Below, in pieces: positions 31,712 to 39,388 of a DNA stretch of 64,000 nt. A program made the translations under genes and the position numbers. Positions within the stretch are counted from its first letter, which is position 1. Each line of letters starts with the position of its first letter. Below the pieces are notes generated by a model. The model worked only from the letters and a program-made list of their open reading frames with translations. It had not been told where the DNA came from and searched no databases. The stretch is from an uncultured Acidobacteriota bacterium (GTDB lineage Bacteria > Acidobacteriota > Terriglobia > Terriglobales > Acidobacteriaceae). The stretch covers positions 66,750 to 130,749 of the forward strand of contig CAWGLF010000017.1 in assembly GCA_963823295.1 (NCBI GenBank). Direction: 5' to 3'.

Positions 31712-32968
31712 ATGAATCGTCGCGGGTTTGTAGGTGGATTGGCTGCACTGTCAGGAGCGATTTTTGGATCTGGGACATCGTTGGCGTCGATGAGGCCGAG
31801 TGAGCGAGGTTCATGGAACGGACAGATACGCGGATTAGGGGAAACAGGAGATGTATATAAGGAGTTAGGGCTAAATACAGTTATCAATGGCCAGGGAACC
31901 ATGACTTACCTGGGCGGATCGCTGATGCGGCCGGAGGCAGAGGAAGTAATGAAGCTTGCGAGTCTCAGCTTCGTAAACATTATGGATCTGGAAGCGGCTG
32001 TCGGAAAAAGAATCTCGAAAATGCTGAACCTGCCTCAAGGGTACGGGGTGATTGTCACGTCAGGTGCAGCATCAGCGATCCAAAACGGTTATTCGGGAAT
32101 ACTGACGGGAAGCAACGAGAAATACATCAAACAGATTCCGGACCTTACTGGGCTGAAGTCTGAGGTCATCATTCAAAAAGCACATCGCAGTCCGTGGGAC
32201 CATCAAATCCGTGCAACTGGAGTAAAGATGGTTGAGGTAGAGACAGTTTCTGACGTGCATAACGCAATAAGCGACCGAACTGCTGCCATGCATTTTCTGA
32301 ACCTCGCCGATCCCGATGGACAGATTAAGCGCGAGGATTGGCTGAAGCTAGCGCATGCGGAAAATCTGCCGGCATTTATCGATGCTGCCGCCGATACTCC
32401 GCCCAAGTCTCATCTTTGGGATTATGCCAACATGGGTTACGATCTGATCTCATTCAGCGGAGGAAAGGCAATGCGGGGCCCGCAATGTACTGGATTGCTG
32501 ATAGGGCGTCAGGAGATGGTGAACAATGCGTTATTAAATATGAGTCCGAATGAAGATACTTTGGGCCGCATTGCTAAAGTTGGTAAGGAAGAGATTATAG
32601 GCTTGGCTAAGACCATTGAGTTATATATGGCTGAAGACGAAGACGCTCTCGAAGCCAGCCAATGGAAAATGCTAGACACAATCGCAAATCGTGTCAAACA
32701 AATTCCGGGAATCACAATCACCAGAAATGTGCCGGAAATTGCAAATAACTTTCCGGCTATTCAGATTCATCTGGACCCCACCGTAGTACCCGTTAAATCT
32801 CACGAGGTTCTTCAAAAATTGGCGGCCATGAAGCCGGCGATCATTCTAGGTGGCGGGGAGGGCAATGAGAGTAATGTGATCGGGATAACCGCGATCGTAT
32901 TGCAACCCGGACAGGATAAGATCATCGCCGACGCATTATCGAAGGTCCTGCGCGGACGGGCTGCGTGA
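31712..32968 (+). CDS. SelA-like PLP-dependent enzyme 3 with twin-arginine leader
   Basis: MNRRGFVGGLAALSGAIFGSG leader. Core: INGQGTMTYLGGSLMRPEA, VIVTSGAASAIQNGYSGILTG, FSGGKAMRGPQCTGLLIGRQEMV, RIAKVGKEEIIG. More diverged than paralogues 1 and 2. Confidence 0.7.
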   Translation: MNRRGFVGGLAALSGAIFGSGTSLASMRPSERGSWNGQIRGLGETGDVYKELGLNTVINGQGTMTYLGGSLMRPEAEEVMKLASLSFVNIMDLEAAVGKRISKMLNLPQGYGVIVTSGAASAIQNGYSGILTGSNEKYIKQIPDLTGLKSEVIIQKAHRSPWDHQIRATGVKMVEVETVSDVHNAISDRTAAMHFLNLADPDGQIKREDWLKLAHAENLPAFIDAAADTPPKSHLWDYANMGYDLISFSGGKAMRGPQCTGLLIGRQEMVNNALLNMSPNEDTLGRIAKVGKEEIIGLAKTIELYMAEDEDALEASQWKMLDTIANRVKQIPGITITRNVPEIANNFPAIQIHLDPTVVPVKSHEVLQKLAAMKPAIILGGGEGNESNVIGITAIVLQPGQDKIIADALSKVLRGRAA

Positions 32969-33033
32969 AAGGCGTATTCCGTCGAAAGCGTATAAAGATG
33001 CGAACCATCGAGACAAAAGATTTCTGATCTAAG

Positions 33034-34023
33034 ATGAAAACCATGAAGAAGCTTTCGTTGCTCGTACTTATTATTTGTTCTTTGATTAGTATGTGCATTT
33101 GTGCGCCATTGCGGGGACAGACCGGCAAACGCCGGTTCGAGCTGGACGCGCTTTCTCCAGGGTTCTGGAAACTATTCGATAGGCAATCCAAACTCACCGT
33201 TGTGGCTTCCGGTTTCGGCTTTACCGAAGGGCCCGTTTGGGACAAGGCTGGATTCTTGTGGGTAAGTGACGAAACAGCGAACAAAATCTTCCAGGTAAAT
33301 CTGCGTACCGGACGGAAGCAGGTGATGATTGCCCTGGGAGATCCGGATGGCAATGCGTATGACCAGCAGCGGCGCCTTTTGGACTGTGCCAGCGTGCTGC
33401 GTGCCGTCATTCGGCTGTCTCCGGACGGAAAAAGCTATAAGACTGTGGCAGACAAATATCAGGGAAAGCGTTTCAACAGCCCAAATGACGTGGTGCTAGG
33501 GCCCGATGGCGCCATCTACTTCACTGATCCAACCCTCGATCTGGTTGCCGGCCAAAAACAGGAGATACCGTTTCAAGGAGTTTATCGGATATCAAAGAAC
33601 GGCCAAGTGCGACTGCTGAGCAAAGATCTGGCACAACCCAACGGACTCGCATTTTCCCCGGACGGGAAAAGATTTTATGTGGACGACTCACAAAAGTTGA
33701 ACATCCGTGTCTATGATTTCAACCCGGACGGAACGCTGGCGAACGGACGCATCTTTGGCACGGAGGCGGTGGGCGGACCGAAGGATGGTGTCCCGGACGG
33801 GATGAAGGTCGACAAAAAAGGAAATCTTTATGTCGTAGGCCCCAGAGGGATATGGGTCTGGAGTGCGCAAGGCCACCATCTTGGGACGATTGTCGTTCCA
33901 GAGCAACCTGCGAATCTGGCGTGGGGAGATGATGGTTACTCGACGCTTTATATAACTGCCGGGACATCGGTCTATAAAATTCATACAAAATCTCACGGGT
34001 TTGCACCTTATCCTATAAGATAG
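33034..34023 (+). CDS. SMP-30 / gluconolactonase / LRE-family lactonase with signal peptide
   Basis: MKTMKKLSLLVLIICSLISMCICA leader. Motifs: GFTEGPVWD, FNSPNDVVLGPDGAIYFTDP, QPNGLAFSPDGKRFYVDD, PDGMKVDKKGNLYV, PANLAWGD. Six-blade propeller lactonase motifs. Confidence 0.8.
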   Translation: MKTMKKLSLLVLIICSLISMCICAPLRGQTGKRRFELDALSPGFWKLFDRQSKLTVVASGFGFTEGPVWDKAGFLWVSDETANKIFQVNLRTGRKQVMIALGDPDGNAYDQQRRLLDCASVLRAVIRLSPDGKSYKTVADKYQGKRFNSPNDVVLGPDGAIYFTDPTLDLVAGQKQEIPFQGVYRISKNGQVRLLSKDLAQPNGLAFSPDGKRFYVDDSQKLNIRVYDFNPDGTLANGRIFGTEAVGGPKDGVPDGMKVDKKGNLYVVGPRGIWVWSAQGHHLGTIVVPEQPANLAWGDDGYSTLYITAGTSVYKIHTKSHGFAPYPIR

Positions 34024-34055
34024 CCGCAAATTTCAGAGTATAAGGAGACAAGAGC

Positions 34056-34505
34056 ATGGCAACACGGCGAAATGTATTGAAGGGCGCTGCTTCCATTGTG
34101 GCAGCAGCCGGTCTTACCTCTTCCATGGGTGCAGAGACATCGAAGAAGAAAAAAGTCTATTATCCGGGTGGTAAAAAGCCGGAGAAGACCCCACTATTTT
34201 CAAGCATGATTTCCTACGGAAACTTGCTATTCATCTCTGGTGTGGGTGCGCATTTTCAGGGAGATATCACCTCTCATACGAAACATGTTTTGGACGAAAT
34301 CGAAAAGGAGCTGAAGAGCGCTGGTTCTTCGATGGATAAAGTTCTTAAATCCAATGTATATTTGAGCGATTTGAAGGATTACGCGGGCATGAATGCGGTT
34401 TTTCAGGGTCGTTTTGGAGATAGTCCCCCTGTTCGTACCACGATTGCGGCGGCCGGCCTTCCAGGTAACTCTCTCGTTGAGATTGATGTAATCGCATATA
34501 TTTAG
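34056..34505 (+). CDS. RidA-family protein with twin-arginine leader
   Basis: MATRRNVLKGAASIVAAAGLTS leader, then GNLLFISGVGAHF...HTKHVLDEIEKELKSAGSSMDKVLKSNVYLSDLKDYAGMNAVF...PPVRTTIAAAGLPGNSLVEIDVIA. Single RidA domain with conserved Arg. Confidence 0.8.
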   Translation: MATRRNVLKGAASIVAAAGLTSSMGAETSKKKKVYYPGGKKPEKTPLFSSMISYGNLLFISGVGAHFQGDITSHTKHVLDEIEKELKSAGSSMDKVLKSNVYLSDLKDYAGMNAVFQGRFGDSPPVRTTIAAAGLPGNSLVEIDVIAYI

Positions 34506-34605
34506 TTGTTGTCCGGGATACGACGCGCTGGCGGCCTTAAGGGCTTTTTGCGTTGCTGTTCTGTCGAGGTAAATCTTCTCGGTCAGTTCTATTGGAGTGT
34601 GTTAG

Positions 34606-35430
34606 ATGAGGTTACTTTCGCGCGATACACGGCGGAGTTCAAGCTTTTTTTCGAAAGGAACGACAACCACATACTTACGCCTGAGTAAGGCGCTCGTAGC
34701 TGCCGTTGTTGTGCTTGTATTGTCGTTTGCACTGTTTCTGGTTCGGGCACAGTCGATATCTGAGGTAACAACTCCCAAGAACAACTCCGACGCAATTCTG
34801 GATGCTTTTCGCAAGGTAGAGGTCGCGTCCGTGTCGGATGCGATCGAGCAAGTCTCCGGAAGACGCATGTATATGTCTCATCACATGCATCCTTTATTTC
34901 CAGCTCATTTCGCAGGGTTTGCTGTGACTGTGCAACTCAAAAAAGAAGAAAATCACGATCCGAACGCACTGGACGGCATGCTCGCCGCCATCGATACAGG
35001 GAAAAGGGATTCTGTGTATGTCATGAAGGTTCAGGATGGCCAGGACATTGCAGGAATGGGGGGTCTAATGGGCACCGCCATGGCGGCACGGGATTACGCG
35101 GGAGCCGTAATCGACGGTGGCGTTCGCGATGTCGCCTATCTCCGCAAGATCGAGTTTCCTGTCTACGCGACTGGCATTGTTCCGTCGACCTCCGTTGGAC
35201 ATTACCGTTTCGCGGGTGCAAACATCCCGATCGTTTGCGATGGGGTTTCTGTAGACCCCGGCGATATTATCGTCGCAGATAGCGACGGGGTTGTTGTTGT
35301 ACCGCGAGCCCAGGCGGTGCAAGTGTTGACTGTCGCACAGCAGATGGACTTTAAAGAACACTCGATGTACCCATACATCACCAGGCTAAAATCTATAGAA
35401 CAAGCTGTGAAGCAATTTGGCCGCCTTTGA
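34606..35430 (+). CDS. RraA-family (class II aldolase / decarboxylase-like) protein with N-terminal signal-anchor
   Basis: Hydrophobic segment ALVAAVVVLVLSFALFLV. Core: DSVYVMKVQDGQDIAGMGGLMGTAMAARDYAGAVIDGGVRDVAYLRKIEFPVYATG...DPGDIIVADSDGVVVVP. Clear RraA/HMG-aldolase signature. Confidence 0.7.
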   Translation: MRLLSRDTRRSSSFFSKGTTTTYLRLSKALVAAVVVLVLSFALFLVRAQSISEVTTPKNNSDAILDAFRKVEVASVSDAIEQVSGRRMYMSHHMHPLFPAHFAGFAVTVQLKKEENHDPNALDGMLAAIDTGKRDSVYVMKVQDGQDIAGMGGLMGTAMAARDYAGAVIDGGVRDVAYLRKIEFPVYATGIVPSTSVGHYRFAGANIPIVCDGVSVDPGDIIVADSDGVVVVPRAQAVQVLTVAQQMDFKEHSMYPYITRLKSIEQAVKQFGRL

Positions 35431-35489
35431 AGACAGCTCCAAAATCTGCCTTAAGGACGGAAGCAAGCCTTGATAAGAGCTAGCCTATA

Positions 35490-36851
35490 GTGACACCGGG
35501 TAACATTACACCGCGAACTGTCCTCCCCATTCGCTATATTCTGGTCTTTTGGCTTTTTTTATTGAGCGCTGTTGCATTTCTTGATCGCACGAATATTTCG
35601 ATTGCCGGCAATTTCCTGGCCGCGAGCTATCATCTTGATAGCATTCGACTGGGCTGGGTGTTCAGCGCTTTTTTGGTTGGGTATGCGGCGTTTCAAATCA
35701 TCGGTGGATGGCTTGCCGTTCGGATGGGCCCACGTCGCGTGCTGGCGGCGGGAGTTCTGTGGTGGGGGATTTTCACCGCTCTTACCGCACTTGTTCCCAC
35801 CAATCTGCGTATTTCGCTGATTCTGCTGATCGCGGTCCGATTCGCCCTCGGCGCTGGAGAGGCTGTAGTATACCCGGCAACCAACCAATTTGTGGCCCGA
35901 TGGATTCCCGTTCACGAACGTGGCAAAGCAAATGGATGGATTTTTGCTGGCGTTGGCGCAGGTGCCGGTCTTACCCCTCCGCTGATAGTAGCGATCATCA
36001 CCCATTATGGATGGCGATCTTCTTTTTGGTTCAGCGCCGGATTGGGAGTGTTCATGGGCATTGTGTGGTACTTGATTGCTCGCGACACGCCTGCAAAACA
36101 TCCTTTTATTTCTGTGGGTGAACTTCACCACATCCAAAGCCAATTGCCAGATTCGGATTCCGATCCAATCTCTGCAAACATAATGTCCACCCCGCTAATA
36201 GTACCTTTGCTGGCGCCAGCCAGATTCTCATGGGTAAATTTGCTTACAAAAAAAAACGTATGGCTTCTCACGTTCAGCTATTTCACTTATGGATATGTTG
36301 CCTGGATATTTTTTAGCTGGTTTTATATTTACCTGGCGCAGGTGAGAGGCCTCAATTTAAAGACCAGCGCATATTATGCGATGCTGCCTTTCCTTGCAAT
36401 GACCATTTGTTGCCTGATAGGAGGCGTGATCAATGACTGGGTAAGTAAACGTTATAGTTTGCGCCTGGGTAGGTGCGGAATCGGAGTGATCTCGTTACTA
36501 CTCACAGCTGTTTTTCTTGTGGTGGGCGCCACTGCGCATAGTCCTGAGCTGGCGAGCGTTATTTTGGCAGGTGGTGCGGGGTCGCTCTATCTTTCGCAAA
36601 GCTCTTATTGGTCTGTAACTGCGGATATAGGAGGCCATCAGGCCGGGATTCTATCAGGCATTATGAATATGGGAGCGCAGTGTGGGGGTGCAATCACTGC
36701 ATCTTTGACACCGGTCATAGCTTTACATTACGGATGGGTTACATCATTTGCTGTTGCAGCGGGACTTGCACTTCTTGGTGGTTGTGCCTGGATCGGTGTT
36801 GATCCAACAGTGAACATTGCGAGTCCACTGGCCATGACTTCGATTGATTGA
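35490..36851 (+). CDS. MFS transporter, anion:cation symporter (aldonate/hexuronate-type)
   Basis: 453 aa, about 12 TM helices. FLDRTNISIAGNFLA near TM1 and the GWLAVRMGPRRV loop are typical of ACS-family acid-sugar transporters. Confidence 0.8.
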   Translation: MTPGNITPRTVLPIRYILVFWLFLLSAVAFLDRTNISIAGNFLAASYHLDSIRLGWVFSAFLVGYAAFQIIGGWLAVRMGPRRVLAAGVLWWGIFTALTALVPTNLRISLILLIAVRFALGAGEAVVYPATNQFVARWIPVHERGKANGWIFAGVGAGAGLTPPLIVAIITHYGWRSSFWFSAGLGVFMGIVWYLIARDTPAKHPFISVGELHHIQSQLPDSDSDPISANIMSTPLIVPLLAPARFSWVNLLTKKNVWLLTFSYFTYGYVAWIFFSWFYIYLAQVRGLNLKTSAYYAMLPFLAMTICCLIGGVINDWVSKRYSLRLGRCGIGVISLLLTAVFLVVGATAHSPELASVILAGGAGSLYLSQSSYWSVTADIGGHQAGILSGIMNMGAQCGGAITASLTPVIALHYGWVTSFAVAAGLALLGGCAWIGVDPTVNIASPLAMTSID

Positions 36852-36868
36852 TGCGCGTTACTTCTGGA

Positions 36869-37357
36869 TCATTTCTTTTTGGCGATCGCGACGAGTGTGC
36901 GCGATTGTTTGGCGGCTTGGGTCCATGCAGTGAAGGCTCTTCGGCCGTCGGAGCCTGGCAGCGGGGATAGATTGCTTACGAGCAGGACCAGGTTATAGAT
37001 CGCCAGCCAATGATACATACCCGGAACTGTCCAGAGCGCCCCTGCCACGAGCGCGTTCACCAACGGTCCGCTCAGGGAAATCGCAAGATCGTCAAGCGGC
37101 GCACGCGCCTGCTCCCGCCGAATGTATGTACCGTTGAGGCAAAGACCCATTTCGTGGACCCTTACACCGATGATCCGGGCTGCTAACAGGTGACCGCACT
37201 CATGTAACAGTAGGCTTGCCACCGTCAGCATTCCGAGCGCTATTCCCGCGGCAATATGCCCGGCCATAGCACCGAGCCCGATCAGCACAACTGCCACTGA
37301 CATCACGGCCCCACCGCGGTTTATCCGAAATGCGATCACATAGACTCCGGCTGGCAC
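36869..37357 (-). CDS. Small site-2-protease (M50) family metalloprotease
   Basis: LLHECGHLLAARIIG (HExxH in a TM helix) and SNLSPLPGSDGRRAF (NxxPxxPxDG motif). The start may instead be the internal M at 37303. Confidence 0.65.
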   Translation of the reverse strand: MPAGVYVIAFRINRGGAVMSVAVVLIGLGAMAGHIAAGIALGMLTVASLLLHECGHLLAARIIGVRVHEMGLCLNGTYIRREQARAPLDDLAISLSGPLVNALVAGALWTVPGMYHWLAIYNLVLLVSNLSPLPGSDGRRAFTAWTQAAKQSRTLVAIAKKK

Positions 37358-37967
37358 GCCCTTTTAGTGCAGCACCCAAGGGAAAGCAAGCGGCTTGCCA
37401 ATCCGGCAGTACGTTAAAAGCAGGCTGTTTCTCGACCGTGATAGGCCGACTTAAGCACTGTATTCTCAACCCGGAAGCGGTCTTTTCCTGGAGACCTGCA
37501 CCCAAATCTATATGCCTCTGGGGACCCGCGATATGCAAGGTTTTGCGTCTAATTCCGACAATGTTGTATCAGCGGTAGAGAGGAACATCCGCAATTCATG
37601 CCAAATCTGTGCAAAAGGATTTCCCGTCAATCTGTTCCTTGTTCTATATCGCTAAGTTGGGAAGGTCAGCTGGCGTTTGAAAGACCTCCCCATTGCAAGC
37701 TGGTTGACAAATACGCATTTCGGAGTACGATCTCTGCGACCGTTCTGTCCCCCTGCAGATTGGCATGAGTTATCAACCGCGTAAGAACTTCCCCTCATGC
37801 CGCGGCCCTAACTAATAAGTGGTCGGGGATTCTGCGCATATCTCAGCCGCTAGCTTCGATCCATTTCCGTTGTAAAACGCACTGTTCTCGATGGATTTCT
37901 GCCTTTGAGGATAGCGGTAGCAAAAACCTCCGGCTAAGTTCGACTACACCCGGAAAGGAAGGAAAAT

Positions 37968-38984
37968 ATGAGCATCCTGAGTATCAGAGTATTGGTCGCA
38001 GTTAGCGTCTTCGGCGTTGCCTTCGCAGGGGCGCTCGGGCAATTGGCCGGCGATTCTCCGCAAGTCAGTTCCCGCAACGTGCCTCCTCTGGCAGGGCCTA
38101 ATCGCCCCGCGAATGTGCCGGATGGATACGTGATCACACCCTTCGGCTATTTCCATCCATCCTGCGTTCAGAGTCTCGCGAAAGGAGAGCGACTGCTGGC
38201 AGACGGGAGGATTCAACATGCGGACGGAACTGCTGAGGAGAAAGTAGCCGTTTGCAATTTCCCGCGTTACACGCCTGCCGGCATTCCTGTGAACGCGAGC
38301 ACGGCGCAGATCAGCCCACCCCAGGCAAACCGGCCCGGAGGAAATGCATCCGCTGCGGCTAGCGGCTGGATTGAGCAGGAAAGTATCACGACCGGCTCTG
38401 CGACTCAATCCTACGGATCTCTGATTGCAGCCTGGACCGTCCCGCCACAACCTCTTGCCAATGACGGACAGACTTTATTCTTCTTCCCTGGATTCGAGGA
38501 CATAAATAACACTGAAAGCATTCTTCAGCCTGTCTTGCAATGGTTTGACAGGCAGTGGGCAATCGCCAGCTGGAACTGTTGCCTGAATAACATCACAACA
38601 GAGAGTCCGGTCGTCAACGTCAGTCCAGGGGACGAAATCTACGGATCTATTACCAGCACTTGTCCTCCAGGAACACTATCCTGCCCCACTTGGAACGTCC
38701 TTAGCCTGGATTTCTCGACGGGTGAAAGCACCACGTTGTCAGATACTCCCAGCCAAGGGCAGCGATTCAATTGGGCGTTTGCCGGCGTCCTCGAACCATA
38801 TTCCGTCATCACTTGCGACGATTACCCTCCGAACCGGCAGACCACCTTCGAGAACGAAACCTTCGATGAGTACTTGCACCCGATCGCTAATCCGAGATGG
38901 GGCGGATCCGCCAATACAACCCAGACGCCACAATGCAACTATGGGGTGAAAGCGACCGCGCATGCGGCAACGCTTAGCTATTAA
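37968..38984 (+). CDS. Secreted Cys-rich protein with eqolisin (peptidase G1/A4)-like sequence pattern
   Basis: Signal peptide MSILSIRVLVAVSVFGVAFAGA. The C-terminal ~200 aa parallels scytalidoglutamic peptidase block by block: SGWIEQ...YGSLIAAWTVPPQP, LFFFPGFED...SILQPVLQW (Gln position), VNVSPGDEIYGSI, LDFSTGESTTL, NWAFAGVLEPY (Glu position). Coding status is solid. The functional call is tentative. Confidence 0.4.
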   Translation: MSILSIRVLVAVSVFGVAFAGALGQLAGDSPQVSSRNVPPLAGPNRPANVPDGYVITPFGYFHPSCVQSLAKGERLLADGRIQHADGTAEEKVAVCNFPRYTPAGIPVNASTAQISPPQANRPGGNASAAASGWIEQESITTGSATQSYGSLIAAWTVPPQPLANDGQTLFFFPGFEDINNTESILQPVLQWFDRQWAIASWNCCLNNITTESPVVNVSPGDEIYGSITSTCPPGTLSCPTWNVLSLDFSTGESTTLSDTPSQGQRFNWAFAGVLEPYSVITCDDYPPNRQTTFENETFDEYLHPIANPRWGGSANTTQTPQCNYGVKATAHAATLSY

Positions 38985-39061
38985 ACTTGGTCAGCCTAAA
39001 TGTAACGCGTCGAAAAATTGCCGGCATTCTGAGCTCCTCAACTCCGCTCAGCGGTAATTCC

Positions 39062-39097
39062 GCGAAGAATCCAGACGAGCTCGCCTGGATTCTTCGC
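39062..39097. terminator. Strong hairpin between convergent genes (bidirectional terminator candidate, no U-tract)
   Basis: Perfect 13-bp stem GCGAAGAATCCAG (39062..39074) / CTGGATTCTTCGC (39085..39097) with a 10-nt loop ACGAGCTCGC. It lies 78 nt after the stop of 37968..38984(+) and 97 nt after the stop of 39194..39334(-). Confidence 0.45.
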
Positions 39098-39193
39098 TGC
39101 ACTCTGAATGACACTCTTGCCTGAAAGAGAACTGGTTAGCCACGCACAGGTCAACGGTGATCGCGCTTATCACGAAGAGTGTCATTTTTTGAC

Positions 39194-39334
39194 TCAGTGG
39201 TATTGATCGTGATGATCCAACGACGGCGGTGGTGGATGGTGATCGCGACGATGATGATGGCGCGGACAGCCGGTGAGTCCCAGAGCTACCACGCTTGCCA
39301 AAAGTAGAGCGGCGAGCTGCGTTTTTTGAGTCAT
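39194..39334 (-). CDS. 46-aa His-rich lipoprotein (below ORF-track length cut-off)
   Basis: GAGGAG lies 6 nt upstream of the ATG (39334..39332). Sequence: MTQKTQLAALLLASVVALGLTGC-PRHHHRRDHHPPPPSLDHHDQYH-stop. Lipobox L-T-G-C. The mature 24-mer has 8 His. It lies 54 nt downstream of, and co-oriented with, the cupin-DUF2249 gene. Confidence 0.5.
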   Translation of the reverse strand: MTQKTQLAALLLASVVALGLTGCPRHHHRRDHHPPPPSLDHHDQYH

Positions 39335-39388
39335 TCGGTTGATCTCCTCACGATTAAGATGCGGAATCTCATCGGCGGCTGCTCGGAG

